Source: an uncultured Lachnospiraceae bacterium (GTDB taxonomy: Bacteria > Bacillota > Clostridia > Lachnospirales > Lachnospiraceae). From it: a stretch of 64,000 nt of DNA. A model generated the notes under the pieces. The model was not told the DNA's origin, ran no database searches, and saw only the letters and a list, made by a program, of their open reading frames with translations. Every line of letters starts with the position of its first letter. The stretch's first letter is position 1. Both the position numbers and the translations under genes were made by a program. This document shows positions 9,257 to 18,561 of this stretch, in pieces. Location of the stretch: contig CAZACC010000001.1 in NCBI GenBank assembly GCA_964483545.1, positions 5,883 through 69,882 of the forward strand, given 5' to 3'.

Positions 9257-10327
9257 ATGTCAGTTACGATTTTTACAATGACTCATAAGAAATTTGATGA
9301 ACCAAAGGATAGGATCTATATTCCGTTACATGTCGGCAGAGCAAAGGCGATGGATTTCGGGTATGCGGGAGATGATACTGGAGACCAGATATCAGAGATG
9401 AATTGCTATTATGGGGAACTGACAGGAGTATATTGGATTTGGAAAAACTTTAAAACAGCAGGTGCTGTTGGGGTATGCCACTACAGACGTTATCTTGTTG
9501 ATGCTCATAATGTGATATTGACAGAGAAGGAATATGAGACGCTGCTGCAGCACTATGATATTATCACGACAAAGGTACTGCGTCTGAATTGTGCATATTA
9601 TGATGGTTATGCAGCTAACCATCACATCAAAGATCTGATAGAAACGGGAAATGTGATCAGGGAGAAGTATCCAGATTACTATGATGTTTATGAACGGATT
9701 GTACATTCTAATAAAACATTATTCGGAAATATCATGGTAATCTCTAAGAATTTGTTTGATGAGTATGCGGCATGGTTGTTTGATATTTTTTTTGAGGTAC
9801 AGAAGAGAATTGATATCGATTCTTATGATGATTATCATAAGAGAGTATTTGGGTTTATATCTGAGATTCTGCTGTTGGTGTGGATCACGCAGAGAGAGCT
9901 GAGCTTCTGTGAATGTAAAGTGGGTATGCTGGGTGAGAAAAAGGAAACAATTGATATGAAGCATCAGCTCGCAGCTTATTTTAATAATAAGGACATCGCA
10001 GGAGCCAAGGCATATTTTCTATCATCTCTTGAGAAGCGTCCGGATGTTCTGATGGAGGCTTCGGATATCTATGGAGAACTGAAGTTATCCATGCAGGTTA
10101 TTAGTACCTGTGATTTGGAGAAAAAGCAATATGGAAGCTGTGTACTGGACAGGACAACAGATTTTAGAGAATTGATGCGGTATTTTTCGCGTTTGAATGA
10201 AATAGCGGTGCGTGAACGGGATGGAGAGACCACCGAGGAGGACAGATGTTATTTAAGAGATGAGAATATCTCACAGATTGCTCTGCAGATTGCAGACCAG
10301 ATTGCACAGGCACTCAGTAATTCTTAG
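9257..10327 (+). CDS. DUF4422 domain protein (putative glycosyltransferase) with C-terminal helical extension
   Basis: IFTMTHKKFDEP..IYIPLHVGRA..YGELTGVYWIWKN..GVCHYRRYL matches the DUF4422 pattern. Confidence 0.75.
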   Translation: MSVTIFTMTHKKFDEPKDRIYIPLHVGRAKAMDFGYAGDDTGDQISEMNCYYGELTGVYWIWKNFKTAGAVGVCHYRRYLVDAHNVILTEKEYETLLQHYDIITTKVLRLNCAYYDGYAANHHIKDLIETGNVIREKYPDYYDVYERIVHSNKTLFGNIMVISKNLFDEYAAWLFDIFFEVQKRIDIDSYDDYHKRVFGFISEILLLVWITQRELSFCECKVGMLGEKKETIDMKHQLAAYFNNKDIAGAKAYFLSSLEKRPDVLMEASDIYGELKLSMQVISTCDLEKKQYGSCVLDRTTDFRELMRYFSRLNEIAVRERDGETTEEDRCYLRDENISQIALQIADQIAQALSNS

Positions 10328-10372
10328 TATGAAACAGGCATCGAAACACCGTATTAAATGTAATGAAATGCG

Positions 10373-10386
10373 GTGACAAATGTCAC
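10373..10386. promoter_or_regulatory. perfect palindrome GTGACA-AA-TGTCAC (CRP/FNR-like half sites)
   Basis: GGTGACAAATGTCACG resembles TGTGA-N6-TCACA. It lies about 110 nt upstream of the ATG at 10498. Confidence 0.25.
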
Positions 10387-10497
10387 GAAATGGGGCATAT
10401 TGATTGAAAGTTAAATAAAGACAGTGTATGATTTAGCAAATGAAGGATATTGTGGATGATTATTAAATGGAATTTCACTTATGGAAGGGAGAGAGAA

Positions 10498-11700
10498 ATG
10501 AAGAAAATGAGAAAGAGAAGTATATTATTACTGACAGTCATGATGATATCACTGCTGGCCGGAAGTGTTACAGTTTATGCTGATACATCTGCAGATTTGG
10601 CGGCAGATGTGGTTGATGAAAAGGATTCAGCAGGTAATGCAATCATCTGTAAGACATCAGTGTCTGGCGAGAAGTATGCGGAAGATGTGTATTGGGCCGG
10701 TAACGACATGAGCATGAATGATTCCAAGATCGCCAATGATTTGATAGCTGTAGGTTATACACTATCGGTGAATGGTACTGAAATAGCAGGCAGTGCCCGT
10801 TCAGCCGGCTACAGTATCAGTCTGCAGGATGTGGAGGTAGCACATAATATCACAGTAGCAGGTAATATACTGAATATTGATTCAAATACAAAGGCAAAGG
10901 CAGTATATGCTGCGGGAAATATGATTACCTTCAGCGGTGAATGTGAATCATTTAATGCATCAGGTAATACAGTCATATTGAATGGTGTTGTAAATGGTGA
11001 TGCAAAAATCGATGCAAATGAAGTGACGATCGGACCGAATGCAGTAGTTACCGGAAAGCTGACGGTATCTGCAGCAGATGAAGCTACGATTCCTGATTCA
11101 GTAAAGATAGGTGAGTATGAGTATCATGACAGCCCGAATGTACCTGATGAAGACACTGTTGAAGCAGTTTCTAAGGGCGCAAGATTTGTACATAAGATTT
11201 TAAATCGTGTATATTGGGTTCCGGCTATGATTATTGTAGCATTGTTCTTCTGTCTGGTGATTCCGGGAGCAGTTGATGGTTCAGGTAAGATGCTTTTAAA
11301 GAAGCCGGTAGCGATGCCAATCACAGGTCTTGTTGCATTGTGTGCAATTCCGGTAGCACTAATTATTCTATGCATTACATTTATTGGATTGCCGCTTGCA
11401 GGACTGATTGCATTATTAGTAACAATTGCAACGATCTTTGCAGTTCCGTTTGCAGGAGCTTCAGCAGGAAGAATTGTTTTACCGAAGATGAACATATGGC
11501 TTTCTTCCATTATTGGATCGGCTGTATTAACGCTTGCCCTTGCAGTTCCGTTTATAGGAGGACTGATCAAGTTCTTGAGTATTCTCTATGTGCTTGGGTA
11601 TTTTATTCAGAAATGTTATGAGCAGATAAAGACTATCGGAAAAAAACCTGAACAGGAAATGCCTCAAGCGGCAGAAGAAGTTCAGGTAAATAAACAGTAA
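10498..11700 (+). CDS. membrane protein: signal peptide, beta-helix-like (bactofilin-like) repeat domain and C-terminal multi-TM domain
   Basis: Start trimmed to MKKMRKRSILLLTVMMISLLAGSVTVYA, preceded by GGAAGGGAGAG. Repeated xAGNxIxx strands occur (YWAGNDMSM, TVAGNILNI, YAAGNMITF, NASGNTVIL), followed by about 5-6 hydrophobic helices. Confidence 0.45.
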   Translation: MKKMRKRSILLLTVMMISLLAGSVTVYADTSADLAADVVDEKDSAGNAIICKTSVSGEKYAEDVYWAGNDMSMNDSKIANDLIAVGYTLSVNGTEIAGSARSAGYSISLQDVEVAHNITVAGNILNIDSNTKAKAVYAAGNMITFSGECESFNASGNTVILNGVVNGDAKIDANEVTIGPNAVVTGKLTVSAADEATIPDSVKIGEYEYHDSPNVPDEDTVEAVSKGARFVHKILNRVYWVPAMIIVALFFCLVIPGAVDGSGKMLLKKPVAMPITGLVALCAIPVALIILCITFIGLPLAGLIALLVTIATIFAVPFAGASAGRIVLPKMNIWLSSIIGSAVLTLALAVPFIGGLIKFLSILYVLGYFIQKCYEQIKTIGKKPEQEMPQAAEEVQVNKQ

Positions 11701-11706
11701 TTATTA

Positions 11707-12288
11707 TCACAGAAATGCTGGAGAAAGCACAATGCCAACCAGAAACGGTAGAATAATTCCAGAGACGATTTGTGCGATTGTATGACGCTTTAGTTTATAG
11801 CTTGATAAAAATACACAGACCAGCACAGGGATTCCGATTAAAAAAATCCATTGATGAAACATAATCAACATGGCTACGGGACCGGCCGAGCCGACGGCGT
11901 GACCACTTAGTTTAAAATGAAATACTTTACTGCTGATTAATATTACGAAACCGCAAATAAAGTAGGTCAGATAGATGAAAATGAGTTGTGGAGATTGCTG
12001 CAAGAATATGCTTGTAGCGAGTCCACATATATATCCTACTACAGACAGGATTATGGCAAGGTTGCGCTGACCATCACGTCCAGGAAACCATTTTTTCAGC
12101 GGTATCTGCAGTACATATGCCAGAGAGGGAAAAATACTAATAAAAGATACAGCCATAATATAATCCGATACATGTATAAAAATACCAGGAACAAAGACAA
12201 ATAAATAAGTAAATACCAGCAATGCTAATATAGGTGGAACTGTCAGTATACGTATGATTTTTGAAAGCAGTTCTTTTTTCATGTTCAT
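11707..12288 (-). CDS. small polytopic membrane protein, PAP2-like
   Basis: Hydrophobic 193-aa ORF. It carries KLSGHAVG (PSGH-like) and KRHTIAQIVSG (R..H...D/Q-like) motifs that weakly resemble the PAP2 phosphatase signature. Confidence 0.4.
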   Translation of the reverse strand: MNMKKELLSKIIRILTVPPILALLVFTYLFVFVPGIFIHVSDYIMAVSFISIFPSLAYVLQIPLKKWFPGRDGQRNLAIILSVVGYICGLATSIFLQQSPQLIFIYLTYFICGFVILISSKVFHFKLSGHAVGSAGPVAMLIMFHQWIFLIGIPVLVCVFLSSYKLKRHTIAQIVSGIILPFLVGIVLSPAFL

Positions 12289-12484
12289 TACCTCGCTTCA
12301 TGTAAAAGTTTTGAATAATACATCATGTAGTTTTCAATACTATGTTAGCAGACATTGATATGATTGTCAATTCTTTATTTTTATAAATATTGTGTCCAAA
12401 TCTGCTGGTTTTATGCGTACTGGACTTATATTTTTTAAATGGTATACTAAACCTATCATAGTGATAGAAAAGGAGGGTATCGAC

Positions 12485-12988
12485 ATGTATGATAAGCTGA
12501 CTCGCAGTGACATTCAGAAAATGGAGGAAGAGATCGAGCACAGAAAGGTAGTCGTCCGCCATGAATTGCTTGAGCACGTTAAGGTTGCAAGAGCACAGGG
12601 TGATCTGAGCGAGAACTTTGAGTATCATGCTGCCAAGAAAGAAAAAAATCAGAATGAAGGCAGAATCAGATTTCTGGAGAGGATGATTAAAACGGCCATT
12701 ATCGTAGAAGAAGAATCTCGCACAGATGAGGTGGGGATCAATAATACGGTAGAAGTTCTATTTGAAGAGGATCAGACAACGGAGAAGTTTCGGATTGTAA
12801 CGACAATGAGGCAGAACTCACTAAAAAATCTGATCAGTGTGGAATCACCAATGGGAAAAGCGTTAATGAAGCATAAAGTCGGTGATAAAGTACATATCCA
12901 AGTGAATGACCAATACGGATATGATGTGACCATTCAGTCCATTGATCAATTAGATGATGGCTCAGATGATGAAATAAGAAGCTTCTAA
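12485..12988 (+). CDS. greA: transcription elongation factor GreA
   Basis: Start trimmed to the ATG after AAAAGGAGGG. GreA hallmarks are present: ARAQGDLSENFEYHAAK, plus the C-terminal domain SVESPMGKALMKHKVGD. Confidence 0.9.
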   Translation: MYDKLTRSDIQKMEEEIEHRKVVVRHELLEHVKVARAQGDLSENFEYHAAKKEKNQNEGRIRFLERMIKTAIIVEEESRTDEVGINNTVEVLFEEDQTTEKFRIVTTMRQNSLKNLISVESPMGKALMKHKVGDKVHIQVNDQYGYDVTIQSIDQLDDGSDDEIRSF

Positions 12989-13003
12989 TTATATTTTAAA
13001 TCA

Positions 13004-13040
13004 GAAATACCTTCAGACAGTTTGATTCTGAAGGTATTTC
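13004..13040. terminator. bidirectional intrinsic terminator between greA and pheA
   Basis: Perfect 14-bp stem GAAATACCTTCAGA / TCTGAAGGTATTTC with a 9-nt loop and T-rich flanks. Confidence 0.7.
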
Positions 13041-13058
13041 AATTTTTAAGAATAGATA

Positions 13059-14201
13059 TTACATGATTTCCAAATAACTGCCGAGGTAACTGAACTGTTC
13101 ACTCATTTCATCAAGCTCACAAATCAGTTGAGTAAATTTGGGTGAATATACCGAGGTTTCCAGATCGAAATAGAACATAAATTCAAAATCTCTGTCCGGA
13201 AGAGGGCGACTCTCCAGCTTGACAAGATTAATTCCGAGAGCATAGAACCTAGATAAAACTTTATACAAAGAGCCGGGTTTGTGTCCGATAGTCATCATAA
13301 TCGATGTTCTATCTGCACCTGCATAGATCTCAAGTTTCTTCGTAATACAGATAAAGCGTGTGTAATTATTATCTGTATTTTGAATGGATTCACCGATGGA
13401 CTGCAGACCATATAGAACTGCACATTCATGAGAGGCAATGGCAGCAATGTCATTTCGTTCGGACTCTGCCACGAGCTTGGCAGCTGCCGCAGTATTTTCA
13501 CAGGCGGTTACTTTTACATCCTTTAACTCTTTTAGATAATCCGAACATTGTCCAATAGCCTGTTCATGTGTATAGATTTCTCGAATATCCTCTAATCTTG
13601 TGCCAGGCTTTACAAGCAGGCTGTGGTTAACCTTCAGACGGACACTGCGGACAATGCTGAAATGATATTTCATCATCAGGTCATAGATTGCATTGACAGA
13701 GCCAGCTGTACTGTTTTCTACAGGAAGCACACCATATTTACAAAGCCCTTTATCAATGGCTGAGAATACGCCTTCGAAATTGTTGAAATACATAATGTTA
13801 GGAATTTCAAAAATCTTCTCACAGGCATGCTGAGAGAATGCGCCCTCGACACCCTGACATGCAACAATACCATATGGTGGGAATACTTTATCCGTATTTT
13901 CAATGGCATTTGTAATTTTGTTCATCAGTGCGGTTGACGGATGAATCAGACTTTCTTCATAGGAGCGGCTGATGTCGAACATAAAGGAGTACATCATATA
14001 GACATAGGACCGCATGGTCTCATCAGTGTTTTCCATAATATCCTTTAATTTCTCCTGCACGTAGCCTCCGTCATAGAGTGGCATACCGTTTTTCTGCTTG
14101 TAATCAGCAATTTCTCCACATTTTTTCATACGACTGCTGACTAATTTGATTAATTCGTTGTCAATCTTTCCGATTTCTTCTCTCATATCCTTCATATCCA
14201 T
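13059..14201 (-). CDS. pheA: bifunctional chorismate mutase / prephenate dehydratase
   Basis: An N-terminal chorismate mutase helix (REEIGKIDNELIKLVSSRMK) is followed by a prephenate dehydratase domain (ACQGVEGAFSQ..VENSTAGSV) and a C-terminal ACT-like domain. Confidence 0.85.
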   Translation of the reverse strand: MDMKDMREEIGKIDNELIKLVSSRMKKCGEIADYKQKNGMPLYDGGYVQEKLKDIMENTDETMRSYVYMMYSFMFDISRSYEESLIHPSTALMNKITNAIENTDKVFPPYGIVACQGVEGAFSQHACEKIFEIPNIMYFNNFEGVFSAIDKGLCKYGVLPVENSTAGSVNAIYDLMMKYHFSIVRSVRLKVNHSLLVKPGTRLEDIREIYTHEQAIGQCSDYLKELKDVKVTACENTAAAAKLVAESERNDIAAIASHECAVLYGLQSIGESIQNTDNNYTRFICITKKLEIYAGADRTSIMMTIGHKPGSLYKVLSRFYALGINLVKLESRPLPDRDFEFMFYFDLETSVYSPKFTQLICELDEMSEQFSYLGSYLEIM

Positions 14202-14244
14202 TGTATGATCCTCCTTAGGTTTATAATATGTTATTATGCAAGCA

Positions 14245-15249
14245 TTACGAAGCTAGGGCTTTTTGTATCTTACGAACCTTTTCAGCTACCTTTGCAAACT
14301 GAGATGGTGTCAGTGACTGGGCTCCATCACACAAAGCCTTTGCTGGATTATTGTGAACCTCTATCATCAGCCCGTCAGCACCTGCTGCTACAGCAGCAAG
14401 CGCCATAGGTTCAACCATCCTTGCGATTCCAGTCGCATGACTCGGATCGACGACAATAGGTAGATGTGTCAGTTCTCTAAGTGCAGGAATTGCAGATAAG
14501 TCAAGAGTATTTCTTGTGTAGGTTTCAAAGGTTCTAATACCGCGTTCACAGAGAATGACTTGTTCATTACCGCCTGCCATAATGTACTCCGCACTCATCA
14601 ATAGCTCCTTTAATGTGTTAGCAAGCCCTCGCTTTAACAGAATGGGCTTTTTGATTTTGCCTAATTCCTTCAGCATTTCATGATTTTGCATATTGCGGGC
14701 ACCAACTTGAATAATGTCTACATTTTCAAATTTTGGAAGGTGATTGATGTTCATGATTTCAGTAATAATAGGCATACCTGTCTCCTTTTTAGCACCGAGC
14801 AGAAGATCAAGTCCTTCCGAACGCAGTCCTTGGAAGTCATAGGGAGAGGTTCTGGGTTTGTACGCTCCGCCTCTTAGGATGGTAGCACCAGCTGCCCTGA
14901 CTGCTTCAGCGACCTCACAGATTTGCTCATGGGATTCTACAGAGCAGGGACCTGCAATCATCTGAAAATGGCCCTGTCCAAGCAGCAGATCTCCGACCTG
15001 AATAATGGTATCCTCTGGGTGGAACTTCCGGTTGGAACTTTTGAAAGGGTCACTGACTCTCTTGACGGATTCTACAATGTCCAGACTTTCAATCAGTTCC
15101 ATATCCATTTTACCAGTATCTCCAATTAATCCAAAGACGGAGCAGTATTCTCCTTCGGATTCATGGACGCTGATTCCTTGATTCTCAATCCATTCCTTTA
15201 AATGCGTTTTCTGTCCTTCATCAATTCCTTGTTTTATAACAATGATCAT
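14245..15249 (-). CDS. aroF: 3-deoxy-7-phosphoheptulonate (DAHP) synthase, type I-beta with N-terminal regulatory domain
   Basis: AGPCSVES, RGGAYKPRTSPYDFQG and DPSHATG motifs; 334 aa. Confidence 0.9.
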   Translation of the reverse strand: MIIVIKQGIDEGQKTHLKEWIENQGISVHESEGEYCSVFGLIGDTGKMDMELIESLDIVESVKRVSDPFKSSNRKFHPEDTIIQVGDLLLGQGHFQMIAGPCSVESHEQICEVAEAVRAAGATILRGGAYKPRTSPYDFQGLRSEGLDLLLGAKKETGMPIITEIMNINHLPKFENVDIIQVGARNMQNHEMLKELGKIKKPILLKRGLANTLKELLMSAEYIMAGGNEQVILCERGIRTFETYTRNTLDLSAIPALRELTHLPIVVDPSHATGIARMVEPMALAAVAAGADGLMIEVHNNPAKALCDGAQSLTPSQFAKVAEKVRKIQKALAS

Positions 15250-15306
15250 GTGTGTCTCCTCCTTTTGATTGTCTGCGGGGTTTTCATATCGACATCATTA
15301 TGATAC

Positions 15307-15340
15307 AAAAAAGGCCCCACAGTGATTTACACTGCGAGGC
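15307..15340 (-). terminator. intrinsic terminator (attenuator) in the aroF leader
   Basis: The minus-strand RNA is GCCUCGCAGUG-UAAAU-CACUGUGGGGC followed by C plus U6. The stem is 11 bp, including 2 G-U pairs. It lies 57 nt upstream of the aroF ATG. Confidence 0.6.
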
Positions 15341-15366
15341 TCCTATAAACAATGATTATTTCATTC

Positions 15367-15480
15367 CTATACGGACGCTCTATTTTCCACAGCACAAATC
15401 ACCTTTTCGTCAAAGCTACTAAAGCTAAAGCCGAAAAAGTAAAAGAAAAAGTATGCTGCTGAAAATAAGAATTCTCTCAT
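15367..15480 (-). CDS. Phe-rich leader peptide (37 aa) of the aroF-pheA operon
   Basis: GGAGG RBS followed by ATG. The peptide is MREFLFSAAYFFFYFFGFSFSSFDEKVICAVENRASV*, with 10 Phe and 2 Tyr within residues 4-23. The terminator follows about 25 nt after the stop. Confidence 0.55.
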   Translation of the reverse strand: MREFLFSAAYFFFYFFGFSFSSFDEKVICAVENRASV

Positions 15481-15506
15481 CGTTTTCCTCCAAGTACATT
15501 TTCGTC

Positions 15507-15535
15507 ATTCTAACACTGAAAATATTGAATGTCAA
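15507..15535 (-). promoter_or_regulatory. sigma-A-type promoter for the aroF leader transcript
   Basis: The minus strand reads TTGACA, a 17-nt spacer, then TAGAAT, with a TG at the extended -10 position. Confidence 0.5.
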
Positions 15536-15552
15536 TGTCAGATTATGGGTAT

Positions 15553-15581
15553 TTGATAAATGAGTTCGTTTTTGCTATACT
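15553..15581 (+). promoter_or_regulatory. sigma-A-type promoter for the ABC-F gene
   Basis: TTGATA, a 17-nt spacer, then TATACT, about 30 nt upstream of the ATG at 15612. Confidence 0.45.
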
Positions 15582-15611
15582 ACTAGGGACGAAGAAGATA
15601 GAGGTACAGAA

Positions 15612-17606
15612 ATGTTATATCAGATATGTAATGGGGCAGTACGCTTTGCGGCTGAGACCATTTTAGAAAATGTAAATTTTGAGATTAGAAATACAGAAAA
15701 GATTGCCGTAGTCGGCAGAAACGGCAGTGGAAAGACAACACTGCTTAAATTGATTTCGGGGGAAGTAGACCTGTCAAAAAGAGACTCGGATGAGGATATG
15801 TCTATCTCACGTGCAGGGAATCCCACAATTGGTTATTTGAAACAGCTGACATTCGAGGATGAGAATCTAACCTTGGATGCGGAGATTCGGAAGGCTTTTG
15901 CTCCGATTTTAAGCATGAAGGAGAGACTGGCTGAGCTGGTAGAAGAAATGGAAACAGATGCAACAGAGAAGAAAGTTGAGGAATATACAGCACTCGAAGA
16001 AAAATTCAAGGATCTTGGCGGTTATTATTATGAAAAAGAGTATGATACAATGCTTCGCAGCTTTCGGTTCGATCTGTCAGATAAAGAGAAGAAGCTAAGC
16101 GAGTTCTCGGGAGGACAGAGAACAAAACTGGCATTTATTAAGCTGCTGCTTAGCAAGCCAGATATTCTGCTTTTGGATGAGCCAACCAATCATTTAGATA
16201 TTTCTACGATAGAGTGGTTGGAAAAATATATGCAGAACTATAATCGTGCTGTTGTAATCGTATCTCATGATCGTATGTTTCTAGATAAGGTCGTAGATGT
16301 AGTATACGAAATTGAACATCAGAAGGTGAAACGATATGTGGGTAACTATTCTGCTTTCATGAAGCAGAAACGTCAGAATTATGATAAGCAAATGAAGGGT
16401 TATATCGCCCAGAAGAAGGAAATCGCAAGGCTAGAAGCAATTGTGGAGAAATTCAAGAATAAACCGACCAAGGTTGCCATGACACGCTCCAAACTCAAGC
16501 AGATTGAGCATATGGAAATCATAGAGGCGCCTGATCGTTATGATAATCAGACATTCCATGCGAGCTTTGAGCCAGGAAAAGAGACAGGCAAAGATGTCCT
16601 GCTGGTAACAGATCTGATCATCGGATATGATCAGCCGCTTGCTAAGGTATCATTGAACGTTAAACGGGGTCAGAAGCTAGGAATCATAGGCGGCAATGGA
16701 ATCGGAAAGTCAACACTGCTCAAGACACTGGTTGGTATGATAGAACCGCTGTCAGGCTCATATCACTACGGAGACCGTGTAGAGGTGGGTTATTTTTATC
16801 AGCAGATGGCTCAGTATTCCAGTGAGAAGACAGTGTTGGATGAATTTTGGGATGAATTTCCGACCCTGATGCAGACTGAGGTCAGAAACTGTCTTGGAGC
16901 ATTTTTGTTTAGTGGGGATGATGTGTTTAAGAAGGTTAGCATGCTTTCTGGCGGAGAACGAGTGCGTCTTGCATTGGCCAAGATCTTTAAAAGAAAACCA
17001 AATTTTTTGATACTGGATGAGCCGACGAACCATATGGATATTGTGGGGAAAGAGACGTTGGAGTCCATGCTAAAGGATTTTTTGGGAACAGTCATTTTTA
17101 TTTCTCATGACCGCTATTTCATCAAGCAGGTATCAGATATTCTGCTTGTGATGGATAAGAACAAGGATATACATGGAGAAATGCTTGGAGAATATAAGCT
17201 GTATCCATTTGGATATGAACAATACATAGAGGAGACAGAGGCAGCTACAGTGAAAGCAGAGGCATCCAGTCAAAATCAAGACGTTAAGATAGAGAAAAAG
17301 AGAATGGTCGGAATTTCTTTTGGTAAGTCGGAGACTGAGGTAGATACAGCGGAAGCAGATAGCAAATATTATAATCCAGGAAAAGTACAATCAAAACTAG
17401 AGCGGAAAATTAAAAGAAAAGAAGAACAGCTAGAGGAATGCGAGACAGAGTTACAGCAACTGAAGGAAGACCTCCAGAATCCAGAATTGGTTAGCGATTA
17501 TGTACGATTACAAGAGATTCAGAAGGAAATTGATGAGCGAGAGGAACAGTTGCTGGATTTGATGTCTGAATGGGATGAACTACAGTCATTGTTAGCAAAA
17601 TGCTAA
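15612..17606 (+). CDS. ABC-F family ATPase (translation-associated) with C-terminal coiled-coil extension
   Basis: Two ABC cassettes without TM domains: GRNGSGKTT/LSGGQRTKL and GGNGIGKST/LSGGERVRL. An inter-domain linker is present, and the tail is E/K/Q-rich. Confidence 0.9.
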   Translation: MLYQICNGAVRFAAETILENVNFEIRNTEKIAVVGRNGSGKTTLLKLISGEVDLSKRDSDEDMSISRAGNPTIGYLKQLTFEDENLTLDAEIRKAFAPILSMKERLAELVEEMETDATEKKVEEYTALEEKFKDLGGYYYEKEYDTMLRSFRFDLSDKEKKLSEFSGGQRTKLAFIKLLLSKPDILLLDEPTNHLDISTIEWLEKYMQNYNRAVVIVSHDRMFLDKVVDVVYEIEHQKVKRYVGNYSAFMKQKRQNYDKQMKGYIAQKKEIARLEAIVEKFKNKPTKVAMTRSKLKQIEHMEIIEAPDRYDNQTFHASFEPGKETGKDVLLVTDLIIGYDQPLAKVSLNVKRGQKLGIIGGNGIGKSTLLKTLVGMIEPLSGSYHYGDRVEVGYFYQQMAQYSSEKTVLDEFWDEFPTLMQTEVRNCLGAFLFSGDDVFKKVSMLSGGERVRLALAKIFKRKPNFLILDEPTNHMDIVGKETLESMLKDFLGTVIFISHDRYFIKQVSDILLVMDKNKDIHGEMLGEYKLYPFGYEQYIEETEAATVKAEASSQNQDVKIEKKRMVGISFGKSETEVDTAEADSKYYNPGKVQSKLERKIKRKEEQLEECETELQQLKEDLQNPELVSDYVRLQEIQKEIDEREEQLLDLMSEWDELQSLLAKC

Positions 17607-17615
17607 GGTGATGAA

Positions 17616-17637
17616 ACGGAAACAACACGGAAACAAC
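17616..17637. repeat. perfect 11-bp tandem duplication ACGGAAACAAC x2
   Basis: Copies at 17616-17626 and 17627-17637, immediately upstream of the degV promoter. Confidence 0.5.
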
Positions 17638-17663
17638 ATAGTAACAAAAACTACATTATAGGG

Positions 17664-17692
17664 TTGACAAAACGACCGATTATCTGTAAACT
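17664..17692 (+). promoter_or_regulatory. sigma-A-type promoter for degV
   Basis: TTGACA, a 17-nt spacer, then TAAACT. Confidence 0.5.
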
Positions 17693-17724
17693 GGACACAG
17701 AATACAGTAAGAGAGGGCATTATT

Positions 17725-18561
17725 ATGATACAGATTATCACAGACAGCTCCAGTGATATTTCACAGGAGAAGGCAAAAAAACTCAACTTGATTGTGATGC
17801 CGTTAACCGTACGTTTTGGAGAAGATGTATATAAAAGCGGAATCGACATTACCAATGAGGAGTATTATCAAAGACTTGTTACCGAGAAAAATCTTCCGTC
17901 TACGGCACAGGTCAATCCTTTTGAATTTGAAGAGAAATACAAGGAATTGCTTGACCGTGGAGATGAGATTATCAGTATCCATATTTCAAGTGAACTGAGC
18001 GGCACCTGTCAGTCGGCATCTATTGCAAAGGACAATCTGGATACGAATCAAATTACTGTGATTGATTCTCGCAATGTTTGTAGTGCTTTGGGACTGCTTG
18101 CGATCATTGCTGGTCAGATGAGAGATCGGGGAGCCACAGCGGCAGAGATTACAGAGGCTATTCAGTCATATATACCAAAATTACATTTGTTTGTTGCACT
18201 TGAGACTCTTGATTATGTTAAAAAAGGCGGCAGAATATCACCGACAGTTGCATTTGTAGGTAGTGCACTGGGTCTGCATCCGATTGTATCCCTGATTGAG
18301 GGAAAGATCGAGGTGGTAGATAAGGCGAAAGGAAAGAAATCTTCAGTAAAGTGGATGTCAAAGAAGATTGCTGAGCTTCCTAATAAAAAGGATCTTCCGT
18401 TACTGGTAGGACATGCGAATGCTTCGGATAAGGGCGAAGAATTGTGGAAACTGCTTGAGGAGCAAGGTATTACAGGAATTGAGGATAATGTATGTATGGG
18501 ACCTGTAGTCGGCACATACAGTGGCCCGGGTGCAGTAGGAATCTTTTATATAGAAGATTAA
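17725..18561 (+). CDS. DegV family fatty-acid-binding protein
   Basis: MIQIITDSSSDIS.., ..STAQVNPFEF.., SSELSGTCQSA and GPGAVGIFY are typical DegV blocks. Confidence 0.9.
   Translation: MIQIITDSSSDISQEKAKKLNLIVMPLTVRFGEDVYKSGIDITNEEYYQRLVTEKNLPSTAQVNPFEFEEKYKELLDRGDEIISIHISSELSGTCQSASIAKDNLDTNQITVIDSRNVCSALGLLAIIAGQMRDRGATAAEITEAIQSYIPKLHLFVALETLDYVKKGGRISPTVAFVGSALGLHPIVSLIEGKIEVVDKAKGKKSSVKWMSKKIAELPNKKDLPLLVGHANASDKGEELWKLLEEQGITGIEDNVCMGPVVGTYSGPGAVGIFYIED

Noticed and set aside
15250-15480. T-box riboswitch as the regulator of aroF-pheA.
   Set aside because: The leader is short and I could not find the conserved T-box core (GGUGGUACCGCG-like) or a specifier-loop architecture. A translated Phe-rich mini-ORF plus terminator fits better.
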